This document shows positions 19,643 through 30,937 of a stretch of DNA of 64,000 nt, one piece after another; the stretch's first letter is position 1; each line of letters starts with the position of its first letter. The position numbers and the translations under genes were made by a program. This stretch comes from an uncultured Alphaproteobacteria bacterium (GTDB lineage Bacteria; Pseudomonadota; Alphaproteobacteria; Rhodobacterales; Rhodobacteraceae). The notes beneath the pieces were generated by a model, which made no database searches, was not told the origin of the DNA, and was given only the letters and a program-made list of their open reading frames with translations. Where the stretch lies: the NCBI GenBank assembly GCA_963799455.1, contig CAWCXF010000007.1, positions 99,221 to 163,220 of the forward strand, in the 5' to 3' direction.

Positions 19643-21196
19643 ATGGCCGAATCCGATCTCCTCCTGCGCCCTGCCGGCGCCGATGCCAATACTGACGCCA
19701 GTGGATTGGCCGGCAAACGCCTGCCTTCCAATATCGAGGCCGAGGCCGCGTTCCTGGGAGCGCTTCTGATCGACAACCGCGTGGTCGAGGAATTGCCTGT
19801 CGCCATCCGGCCGGAACATTTCTTTGAGCCTCTGCACGAGCGTATTTACGAGCGTATCCTCAGGCTGATGGACCGCAATGCCGTGGCTTCACCGGTCACG
19901 CTCAAGCCGTATTTCGAAGCCGACGAGGCGCTCGCGGAGCTGGGCGGAATTACCTATCTCGCCCGCCTGACCGCCGATGGACAAGGGCTGCTCGCGCCGC
20001 GCGAACTCGCCCAGCAGATTTACGATCTGGCTTTGTTGCGCGAATTGGTCAGTGTCGGGCGCAATCTGGTCGAAGGCGCGCTGGACACATCGGAAGAGGT
20101 CGCGCCGCTCGAAAAGATCGAGGAGGCAGAGGCCGATTTGTTCCGGGTGGCCGAAGGGGCCGCGGGGCAAAGCGATGCTGAAAGCTTTGGCAAAGCCACC
20201 CACAAGGCGCTGGGAATGATCGAGCGGGCGATCAATTCGGGCGGCCATGTATCAGGCAAAACCACCGGCCTTGCCTCCCTTAACGATCGCATCGGCGGAT
20301 TGCATGAAAGCGATCTGATCATCCTGGCCGGACGACCGGGCATGGGCAAGACATCGCTGGTGACGAACATCGCCTTTAACTGCGCCGACCGCTTTTTGCG
20401 CGATGAGCGCGACGGGATCGAAAACTCGGTGGGCGCGGGCGTTGCTTTTTTCAGTCTTGAGATGAGCGCCGACCAGCTGGCGACACGTATTCTGGCAGAG
20501 CAGGCGCGTATCAGTTCTGAATTGCTCCGGATGGGCAAGATCAGTCGCGAGGATTTTCAGCAGCTGTCGTTTGCCAGCCAGCGTCTGGCCGATCTTCCGC
20601 TTTACATCGACGACACGCCGGCCCTTTCGATTGCTGGCCTTCGCACGCGTGCGCGCCGGTTGAAGCGTCGGCACGGTATCGGGCTTGTCATCGTTGACTA
20701 CCTTCAGCTGATGCAGGGTTCGCGGCGCAGTCAGGACAACCGGGTCAACGAAATCTCCGAGATCAGTCGGGGGCTGAAGACGCTGGCAAAGGAACTGGAC
20801 GTGCCGGTCATCGCGCTATCGCAGCTCAGCCGTGCGGTGGAACAACGCGAAGACAAAAGACCGATGCTATCCGATTTGCGCGAATTGGGTTCGATCGAGC
20901 AGGACGCCGACATGGTCTGGTTCGTGTTCCGCGAAGACTATTACGTTGCCTCACGCGAGCCCAAGCAACCGCAAGCCGACGATGATGCAGCAACGCACGA
21001 TGCCCATTCGGCTTGGGCTGCAGAGATGGAACGGGTGCACGGGCTGGCTGAACTCATCATCGCCAAGCAGCGGCACGGTGCGACCGGAAAGGTGCGGCTG
21101 CGCTTCGAGCCGCAGATAACCCGATTCTCGGATCTGGCCGACGATGATCAGTCCGGCGGCGGCTACGAAAGGCGGGTGCCTAAAGACCCAGATTAA
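19643..21196 (+). CDS. dnaB: replicative DNA helicase
   Basis: NIEAEAAFLGALL N-terminal domain, Walker A GRPGMGKTS, RecA-like core with the SQLSR motif. Confidence 0.85.
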   Translation: MAESDLLLRPAGADANTDASGLAGKRLPSNIEAEAAFLGALLIDNRVVEELPVAIRPEHFFEPLHERIYERILRLMDRNAVASPVTLKPYFEADEALAELGGITYLARLTADGQGLLAPRELAQQIYDLALLRELVSVGRNLVEGALDTSEEVAPLEKIEEAEADLFRVAEGAAGQSDAESFGKATHKALGMIERAINSGGHVSGKTTGLASLNDRIGGLHESDLIILAGRPGMGKTSLVTNIAFNCADRFLRDERDGIENSVGAGVAFFSLEMSADQLATRILAEQARISSELLRMGKISREDFQQLSFASQRLADLPLYIDDTPALSIAGLRTRARRLKRRHGIGLVIVDYLQLMQGSRRSQDNRVNEISEISRGLKTLAKELDVPVIALSQLSRAVEQREDKRPMLSDLRELGSIEQDADMVWFVFREDYYVASREPKQPQADDDAATHDAHSAWAAEMERVHGLAELIIAKQRHGATGKVRLRFEPQITRFSDLADDDQSGGGYERRVPKDPD

Positions 21197-22412
21197 GCCG
21201 CCTGCTCACGTTGTAATCGAGCACGGACACAAGCAGCCAGCCAAGGTTCCAGCGCACCCTGTTCAGCAAGGTGGCGTGCTTTTTATGCGCTTGCGGCGTG
21301 ATCGCTTGCGACGCGGCGATATGGTCGGACACGAAATCCCGCATCCTGTCGGCCAGCGCCTTGTCCTCGATCCTCAGCATGAGTTCCAGATTGAGATAAA
21401 GGCTACGCATGTCGAAATTGGCGCTGCCGAGATACACCGCGTCATCAAGGACGACGAGCTTCGTATGCAACTTGCAAGGGCTGAATTCCCAGACCCTCGC
21501 TCCTTTGTAGAGCAGATATCCATAGAGCGAGCGCGTCGCGCCCAGGGTCGCATTATTGTCGGATCGCGCCGCCATGAGCAGCCGCGTCTCACCCTTTTCG
21601 GCGATCGCGCCAATGGCCTTGAGCAGCGCCTTGGGCGGGCTGAAATACGCCATGAACATATCCAGCCGGCTGCCATTCTCAAGGTCGCGTTTGACCCGCG
21701 AGGCCCAACTCGACAGACCCCTGGTCGGCCCGCCGATCAGCCATTGTGCGTTGCCATCCGACCATTCCCAGTCGCGTACGGAATATCTGATCTGGCGAAA
21801 TTTCGCACTGTCATCGTCGACCCAGTCCTTGAGCTTGGCAAACCACTTCTGAAGTCCCGCCACCGCCGAGCCGGTCAGATCGATCGCGAGATCATTCCAG
21901 CCATTGGATTCGGGCGGATCGAAATAATCGTCCTGGATATTGAACCCGCCAAACAGGGCGCGCTTGCCGTCGGCTATGATCATCTTCTGATGGTTGCGGA
22001 TCAGATACCGATGCGACCATCGTGAGCTGAACGTGTGGAACGCCCCGCCCGCCTCTAACAGGTCGGCGAAAAATGCGGCGTCCGCGTCGGCACCAAAAGT
22101 ATCGACGACAAGCGTGACCGATACTCCTCGTCGTGCGGCCTCGACCATCGCGTCGCGAAGCGCGCTGCCGGTTTCGTCCTTGGCAAAAATGTAGAAGCAA
22201 ACTTGCAGGGTTTCACGCGCATCGGCGACCAGATCCAGCATAGCCCGCTTGCGGTCTTCCCCGCGCGGATAAAAGGTCATCGACTGCCCGGCGGCTTCCA
22301 CTGCAAATGGTTCGGGATCGGCGAAAGGTGCGCCATCCGGCCCACACCCGAACGTCTGTGTTGCCCCCTGTTTCATCGCCTTCCTCGTTAAACCCTGGTA
22401 CGGCCATCGCAA
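21180..22412 (-). CDS. phospholipase D-family protein (cardiolipin synthase-like)
   Basis: Two HxKxxxxD (HKD) motifs: HQKMIIADG and HTKLVVLDD. Confidence 0.75.
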   Translation of the reverse strand: MRWPYQGLTRKAMKQGATQTFGCGPDGAPFADPEPFAVEAAGQSMTFYPRGEDRKRAMLDLVADARETLQVCFYIFAKDETGSALRDAMVEAARRGVSVTLVVDTFGADADAAFFADLLEAGGAFHTFSSRWSHRYLIRNHQKMIIADGKRALFGGFNIQDDYFDPPESNGWNDLAIDLTGSAVAGLQKWFAKLKDWVDDDSAKFRQIRYSVRDWEWSDGNAQWLIGGPTRGLSSWASRVKRDLENGSRLDMFMAYFSPPKALLKAIGAIAEKGETRLLMAARSDNNATLGATRSLYGYLLYKGARVWEFSPCKLHTKLVVLDDAVYLGSANFDMRSLYLNLELMLRIEDKALADRMRDFVSDHIAASQAITPQAHKKHATLLNRVRWNLGWLLVSVLDYNVSRRLNLGL

Positions 22413-22518
22413 CCCTCGCGTTGGGCGGCATGCGAGGGTGATCGATATGTCGTCGTTCCGCTTGACGAATTCCCTCGGCTACGCCTATTGCCCCAACTCT
22501 TCTTAAATATCCGATTTT

Positions 22519-22875
22519 TTGAGGTGCTTCATGGCGCGCGTCACTGTCGAAGATTGTGTCGACAAGATCCCTAACCGTTTCGATCTGGTCCTGCTGGCAG
22601 CCCAGCGTGCTCGCGAAATTTCCGGCGGAGCAGAGCTGACGCTTGATCGGGATCGCGACAAGAATCCGGTCGTCGCCTTGCGCGAAATTGCCGAGCCGAC
22701 GATCAAGCCCAAGGATCTGAAAGAGGCGGCAATCCTCAACCTGCAGAAAATCCTGCCGGACGATGATGACGAGGCTGATGAGATCGGTTCGCTCAGCCAG
22801 TCGGCGGAGGCTTTGCGGATCACCGCTTCGGCGCCAACCCGTTCGACCTCGATCGGCAGCGACTACGAAGGTTGA
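22519..22875 (+). CDS. rpoZ: DNA-directed RNA polymerase subunit omega
   Basis: [30 protein letters not shown] is the canonical RpoZ N-terminus. Confidence 0.85.
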   Translation: MRCFMARVTVEDCVDKIPNRFDLVLLAAQRAREISGGAELTLDRDRDKNPVVALREIAEPTIKPKDLKEAAILNLQKILPDDDDEADEIGSLSQSAEALRITASAPTRSTSIGSDYEG

Positions 22876-22929
22876 CCGAAACGCGGGACGGTCCGGTTGA
22901 AGCCTGATGTCATCGCTTTGTTTCAAAAC

Positions 22930-22960
22930 GGGTCGCCCCTGTCGGGCGGCCTTTTTTGTG
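22930..22960 (+). terminator. rho-independent terminator after rpoZ
   Basis: GGTCGCCC-ctgtc-GGGCGGCC hairpin followed by TTTTTTGTG. Confidence 0.55.
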
Positions 22961-23039
22961 CCGGTTGTGGGCTAGACGAACCGCGAAAGACCGTCTGATA
23001 CCGCGCTAACCCCAAGGTCGCGGACTGCGATCGACCTGG

Positions 23040-23813
23040 ATGAAGGAGCACGCAAAAGCAATGCCGGTCGTCGCGATCTATTCGACCAAAGGCGGGGTCG
23101 GCAAAACCACCTTCGCGGCCAGCCTGGCCTGGTGTTCTGCCACAATCTCCTGTCGCCATACCTTGCTATGGGATCTCGATCCGGCGGGCGGCGCAGCCTA
23201 TTTGTACGGGGTCGAACCGCGCGCGGCCCAAAAGCCCAAGTGGACGGCTTCAAGGCTCTTTTCCGGCGCCAGCGATCCAGCCAAACTGATCCGCGCATCA
23301 CAATACGATCGGCTGGACCTGTTGCCCGCCGATGAGAGCCTGCGAGCCCTCGATTTGCAATTGATGAAAATCAACAAGCGCAAGCAGCTGGCAAAAATGA
23401 CCTCCGGGCTCTCCAAGCAATACGAACGGATCATCCTGGACTGTCCTCCGGTCATGAACGAAATCAGCGCGCAGGTTATCCGCGCCGCCGATCTTGTGAT
23501 CGTACCGCTGCCCCCGTCGCCCTTGTCGGCCCGCGCATTCGAGCAGGTTGCAGAAGAGGTCAGAGGGTCCGGCAAACACCATCCCCCCATACTTCCCGTG
23601 CTGTCGATGATGGATATGCGCCGCAAGCTGCACCGCGAGGCGCGCGAAGCCAACCCGGATTGGCCAGCCATCCCGCTTGCGAGCGCCATCGAGCAAGGCG
23701 CGGTTCGCCAGGCTCCGGTCGGCTCTTTCGCGCCCCGCAGCCCGGCCGCCAAAGCGCTCTCGCAGCTATGGACCGCGATTGAACGCAAACTGGCTGGAAG
23801 TCCCAGAAAATAG
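23040..23813 (+). CDS. ParA/MinD-family P-loop ATPase (no adjacent parB)
   Basis: Deviant Walker A KGGVGKTT. Confidence 0.7.
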   Translation: MKEHAKAMPVVAIYSTKGGVGKTTFAASLAWCSATISCRHTLLWDLDPAGGAAYLYGVEPRAAQKPKWTASRLFSGASDPAKLIRASQYDRLDLLPADESLRALDLQLMKINKRKQLAKMTSGLSKQYERIILDCPPVMNEISAQVIRAADLVIVPLPPSPLSARAFEQVAEEVRGSGKHHPPILPVLSMMDMRRKLHREAREANPDWPAIPLASAIEQGAVRQAPVGSFAPRSPAAKALSQLWTAIERKLAGSPRK

Positions 23814-23881
23814 CTCGTGAAGTACCCTGCGACTTGGCCGCGCAATGATCCCTTGCTTATAAGGAGAGTTGTCAAAAGGGG

Positions 23882-24634
23882 GTGTTCATGTCCGATTTAG
23901 CCGATGCAGTGGGGACTGCCATCGAAGGAGGACTCGTTTCGAGCGCGGTCGAGCGGGAAACAGGCCAAGGCTCTGGCGGCTCCGGCAAGGAACTGAACCG
24001 GGGGCATTTCGATGAGGGAGAGTGCCTGAATTGCGGCGCGTCCCTGGTCGGCAGCCATTGCCATCAGTGCGGCCAAAAGGCGCACCTTCACCGCACAATC
24101 GGCGCTTTCGCCCATGACCTGTTGCACGGCGCGCTGCATCTGGACGGCAAAATGTGGTCCACACTGCCGTTGCTCGCATTCAAACCGGGAAAGCTGACCC
24201 GTCGCTATATCGACGGCGAGCGAGCCAAATTCGTCTCGCCCATGGCGATGTTCTTGTTCTCGATCTTTCTCATGTTTGCCGTCTTTCAGGTCGCCGGCAT
24301 CAGCACACCGACAAATTTGGAGAGAACGACAAAGACCGCGGTAGCGAAGCAAATCCAGTCAGAAATTGCCGAAGTTGAGGAGCGGCGCGAGGCGCTACGC
24401 GCAGAACTGGCCGGCGAAGACCTCGATGATGAGCGTCGGCGCGCGGCTCAGCAGGAACTTGTCGAGATCGAAGAGGAATTGGCCGCTATCGAGACTGCCA
24501 CGCGCAACGTTTCATTCTTCGAGGAATTTCGGACGTCGGAGACCGCTGGATCAGAACCGACCGCGATGTCTACGGATGCGGAATCGACCCTGGCTGGCGC
24601 TGACCAGGTTCCCAGCAGCGAGAATGAGTTCTGA
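23882..24634 (+). CDS. DUF3667-type protein, N-terminal part (zinc ribbon, TM helix, coiled coil)
   Basis: CLNCG...CHQCGQK zinc ribbon plus a single transmembrane helix. Confidence 0.5.
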   Translation: MFMSDLADAVGTAIEGGLVSSAVERETGQGSGGSGKELNRGHFDEGECLNCGASLVGSHCHQCGQKAHLHRTIGAFAHDLLHGALHLDGKMWSTLPLLAFKPGKLTRRYIDGERAKFVSPMAMFLFSIFLMFAVFQVAGISTPTNLERTTKTAVAKQIQSEIAEVEERREALRAELAGEDLDDERRRAAQQELVEIEEELAAIETATRNVSFFEEFRTSETAGSEPTAMSTDAESTLAGADQVPSSENEF

Positions 24635-25136
24635 CGAGGGTGAAACCGGCTCAACCATTCCCATCAGGACGAGCGATGGCGGCAAATATGACGTCACCTT
24701 TGGCGGCTCGCAGTGGGTCGAAGGCGGGATCGATAAATGGCGCGAAAATCCCAGCCTCATGCTCTACAAATTGCAGGCAAATTTTTACAAGTTCAGTTGG
24801 CTATTGATCCCGATATCCATCCCGTTCGTATGGTCGCTGTTCTTGTGGAAGCGGCAGTTTAAAGCCTACGATCACGCGATTTTCGTGACCTATTCGTTGG
24901 GTTTTATCACCCTGCTGACACTCGCGATTGTGGTGGCGACCTTGCTCGGAATGCCAACGGTGATCGTGGTTCTTGCTTCGCTATTCATCCCGCCCCTGCA
25001 CCTGTACAAGCAGTTGCGCGGAACTTACGGTCTGTCGCGATGGAAGGCCTCGTGGCGTCTGCTCGTGCTGACGATCTTCATCATCGTCATACTTGCCATT
25101 TTCAGCTGGCTACTGCTGATGGTTGGAATGTTCTGA
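24613..25136 (+). CDS. DUF3667-type protein, C-terminal polytopic part (possibly the same gene after a frameshift)
   Basis: Overlapping ORF starting at ATG 24613; 3-4 transmembrane helices. Confidence 0.45.
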
Positions 25137-25209
25137 CCGATTGGACGCTTCAACCGCGACGTTCGAAAATGACGACGGGAATGTCGCCGAAGCGGTTGCG
25201 AGGCTCGCG

Positions 25210-25488
25210 CTAGTCGGTGCCGTTTAAAGCGCCGTCACCCTGATCGGGATCGTCGCGCTCGTCAGCATTCAGTTCGGCTTGCAGCTTGTCCGCCCCCGCG
25301 CTCACGCCCTCGGCTGCATCTATAGTACCTTCACGAGCAGCGTTCTCGACGACTTCGAGATTAGCCTCGGCATCGGCAGCGGCACGTTCGGCAACTTCCT
25401 GAGCATTGTCCGCCGTTTCGGCTGAACAGGCAGTCAGGATTGTCAGCGCGGCTAGCGATGCCAATGCGGAAGTTGTCTTGCGGGTCAT
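25210..25488 (-). CDS. small acidic lipoprotein
   Basis: Signal peptide with lipobox LTAC. Confidence 0.4.
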   Translation of the reverse strand: MTRKTTSALASLAALTILTACSAETADNAQEVAERAAADAEANLEVVENAAREGTIDAAEGVSAGADKLQAELNADERDDPDQGDGALNGTD

Positions 25489-25516
25489 CAATATCTCCGT
25501 TCTTGCGAATGCCAGC

Positions 25517-26930
<1,414 letters not shown>

Positions 26931-26934
26931 CGTT

Positions 26935-28035
26935 CGGCGCTTCGGCGGGGTCGAGGGAGTGCACGGAGTGCCCGAGGGCGGGACCGTTGACCTTCATGAA
27001 CGACGAGCCCCAAGCGGTTGGCGACGTACTCCATGAGCGTCGTCTTTCCGTAGCCGGGAGGCGAGATGAGCAACAGCAAACCCATCAAGTCCGTGCGCTT
27101 CTCATTGCCGGCGGCGCCGATCTGCTTGGCCAAGTTGTCCCCCACCAGCGGCAGGTAGACTTCGTTTACGAGGCGGTTGCGCACAAACGCGCTCATCACC
27201 TTCGGGCGAACTCTTCGAGACGGAGCGTTTCACGCGTGCGTGTGAGCAGCTCATGTCGAACGCTTCGGTACGCTTTGTACGCGGGAACTCGTCCACTCTT
27301 GAACCGGCTCAGCCGCGCCGAAATTCATCGAGTCGAATCACGAGTGATTGGTCGGTGATTCGTCCGTGCTGGCCAAGCAGCCCTTCGACCTTGAGGGTGG
27401 TCAGTGCATCGCTCGGTGTGTCTGTCCAGCTTGTCGGTCAAGGAGCAGCGCGGTCGCTTCCGTCGCCGAATGCGCGCGTCGGGCTGCCTCCTCGCCGCCC
27501 TTGCGCACGAACCCGTCGATCCATGCCCGGCACAGTGCCGCCTGCGCGGAGAGTGAGTCCGCCAGAGCTTCCACATCCTCTTCAAACGCGCGACGGCTGC
27601 CCGCGCTCTTAGGGCCGCCAAGAACTCATCCCGGAGCCACACCGCGTCACGGCTGGTGCAGAAGCGCGTGCTTCCTTCCGCCAGCTCTTGCGCGAGATAG
27701 TGCCCCGCAACCTCGGCGTCTTGCGCGCTGAAGTCCAGCGCGTGCTCCGTACGAAACCTGTCGATGCTCTTCCCCACTCTTCGCCGAGCCGAAGCTGCTC
27801 CTTTGCTGCGCCAAACGCCTTTTCAAGACGGCCGAAACTCGCTCCACGCCGCTGCAGCGACTCTCGGTCTTCGAGCCGTGACCAGTAGATCCACGCCAGC
27901 GAACGTGCGCTCGACGCGTACCGGAGAAGCCCGCCCGACTCCCGCGCCAGCAAGAGCCGGTCGAGGATGCGCGCCGCGTCCGCGTCGTGGACGCCGCCCT
28001 CGTAGCCCTCGTCGTAGCGCGCGGCGGCGACCTTG
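26935..28035 (-). pseudogene. 3' region of the giant coiled-coil ATPase gene: protein-like in all three minus frames in turn, includes the P-loop module, cut off at the junction
   Basis: Frame switches among ORFs 27609..27953, 27325..27777, an unlisted frame, and 27199 downward. The last carries [52 protein letters not shown], then [13 protein letters not shown] in yet another frame. Confidence 0.6.
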
Positions 28036-30934
28036 CTACAAGCTTGACGAGCCCACCCTCGCTGCGCTGCGCTCCGCGGAGCGCCGCCATCGAAAGCTCC
28101 GCGTCTGAATCTCCGTCGCCGGACTCCGCATCGTATAGAATCGTCGCCGCCAAGTACTCGGCGCGATAGACGTCTTCGCTCTCCGACACGAGCTGCTGCG
28201 ACCAGAGAGGCTTTGTCGCGGCGAACGCTGCGTCGTCGACCGTCTCGTAGAAGTCCGTTCCCGTCAGGTGAAACGCAAGGTCATCGCCCCGCGGCACCAA
28301 CGCCAAGTCGAGCGCCTGCTCGTTCACGCTGAAGCGATGTGTGCCTAGCTTGATGAGGTTGCCCTCTTCGAAGAGCTCGAGGCGGTCGCGCAAACCACGA
28401 ATGGAGTCGTGGCGGATCGCTTTGAGACGCGCCTCGACATCGTCGGCTTTCACCGAGTCGCCAAGCTCGCGCAAGCTCTCCACGAGCTGCCGCAGCTTCA
28501 TCACCATAGGGTCGGCGGCCAGATACGAGTTCAGTTCATCGGCGCTGGTCATCGTGCGAGAGCGCCGCTCGACGCCGTCGACGATCCGGCCTGCCGCCTT
28601 CATCAGGTTTTCGGCGCGGCGTTGCTGTGCTTCCACCAGGGTTTGACGCTTCGCACTAAACGCGTCGTAGATCTCTTCGCGCTTGGCGGCGATCTCCTCG
28701 AGGAAGTCGTCGAACTCCGAGAAGCGCGCCTCGAGCTCCTCGAGTTGCACCATCAGACGCGCGCGCTCTTCGTCTACGCGGTCCGGCGCCTGGGCCATGG
28801 AGAGAGCGCTCGTGACGCTCTGCGCCAGTAGGCTCAGCTGCGCAGCAAACTCCGCGCCGCCCTCTGTCTTCATCAGCGCGCGACGCTTTTGCGTCAGCGC
28901 CGCGCGGAGCTGGTTCAGCTGCGCGAAGACTTGGCTGATGGTCTCCAGAATCGACGTCCTCGAGGTGGCGTCATCGACCTCAAGCCCTGACACCACTTCG
29001 CTGATGAGCGCTAAGCCTTCGCTGACCTCCTCGGCGCGTTTGATGAGCGGATTGATTTCCGCGACGCGAGTGACTTCCTCCGAAGCACGCAGGCACTCGC
29101 TGAGCTCCTTCGTGATAGGCGCAAACGCGTCATCCCCGAGCAAGAATCGAACGCAGTCCCGGCTGACGCGGTCGAACTGCTCGATGACCTGCTCTTCGCG
29201 AGCCTCCAGCGCCTCGCCGTCGATGTAGCGCGTGTCTTTGAGCGTGATGAGCTGCCCGCGCTGTCGACGGAGCGCGCTCAAGAGCGCCATGTATTCGCTG
29301 GCGGAACGACCACTACTGGCTTCGACCTGCTGCGTCAGCTCGTCGTGGGCAGCGGCGGCTTCCGCGAGGACGGAGGCCGCATGAGAGCGAAGCGCGAGAA
29401 CCTTCTCGTACTCATCGACGACCTGCTCCGCCGTCTGGCGAACGTCGCCGAGAACCTTGAGGAGATCGATCTCGTCGTTACCAAGCCAGTAGTACGCGTC
29501 CATAAAGGACGACACGTTCTCGCTGAGCTCGTCGAAGGTGCGCCGCTCTGGATTCGGCTGCTCGATGAGACGCTTGAGGCTGTACGCCTCCGAGATGCCG
29601 CGAACGAGTTCGGCGTTTCCAACCTTGGCGAGGAACGATCCGTCCGTCGGTGCCGCGGCTGCGTGCTCCGCGCTGAAGAAGGGCGTCCGCCACACCTGCA
29701 TCGGGTGAACCCGCGAGGGTTCATCACTCAGCGCTTTGAAGACGAGCATCTCGCCGTTGTCAAAGATCGAGTAACCGTGGCACTGAATCGGAGCCTGAGA
29801 TTCTTTACGAATCATATTGTAGGGAAGCAGCTCGTAGCGACCTTCGTCTGCTCGGTGAAAGACATAGAGAACGTCTTCGCCGTTGGGCGACTTGATCACT
29901 TGCGTCAACTCCAGGCCTTCACGGGCCGCGTCGAAGATCTTCGATTCGCCGGTCTGAAGGTAGTAGCCCCCGGGGAAGATGATCCCGTGGTCTTCGGGCA
30001 GCTGCCGACACGCTTGCCCGATGGCGTCGATGCGCTGCACCTTGTGTGAGCGCGTGTTGAACACCAGGTAGCGCCACGTTTCCTCGCGGAAAGGACGGAT
30101 CTTGAGGAGGATCAAACCGCCGAGCTGCGCGTAGAAGAACTCCCCGTCGTCGAGGGTTTGGTTTACATCGTCGACGGTCTCGGCATAGACGCCGCGACCC
30201 GTCTCGGTGTTGTTCTCGACCTTGATCGTGAGGTCGCCACCGGTGGTCTCGACAAAGCAGCGGTCAAGAATCGATAGATGCGGGTAGCGGCCAGGAACCT
30301 GGTCGTCTCGCGTCGTCGAGGTCCACTGGAAGTCATAGCGATTCGGCAAGACATCGTCGATGTCGCCACGGCTGTCCATGTACGTAAGCTTGCCATCCGG
30401 GTGTTCCTTCCAGCGAAATACACGGACTTCCTCCGTCGTCGCGCCGGTCTGAAAGACCGCGAGCAAACGCCCATTGACCTTGCGAATCCGAAGCAGTCGC
30501 GTCTGGTCGTAGTAGCGGTAGAGCTCTTGGAAATCCTTTTCGAAAGCTTGGTCGGCCAAAAAGGCGTCGCCGAAGTCGCGAGACAGAGCGCTGAGGTCGT
30601 AGCCGCTCTCCGTTTTGTCGAACTGATGAAGGCTGAACACGTCGGAGACGACGGTTTCCTTCTTCAGTCCAACAAAGACGTTGTAGCCGAAGAGCACGTT
30701 GCCTTGAATGGCGTGGATATCGCGCGGGACACAGTTGTGCTCCGTACGAATCCGCTCGTTTGCTACGACCTCCAGCTCGGTGCCGCCAAAGACCTCATGC
30801 CGCCTCGCGTTGAGGGCTTCGATCTTGGTGGCGAGCTGCTGGCCTTGGGCGCGGAGCCGCGCGTGGATGACTTCATAGTTGCCACCCTCGAGAGGCTCCG
30901 CCGGCGTGATGCTCTTGTCTGCGCTGTCGGCCAT
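28036..30934 (-). CDS. giant uncharacterized protein: N-terminal globular region (~500 aa) plus long coiled coil; upstream part of a coiled-coil/AAA ATPase
   Basis: 1095-aa ORF (27647..30934) is intact to about 28035. Heptad-rich segments such as EELEARFSEFDDFLEEIAAKREE; start ATG lies 3 nt after the flotillin stop. Confidence 0.7.
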
Positions 30935-30937
30935 CGT

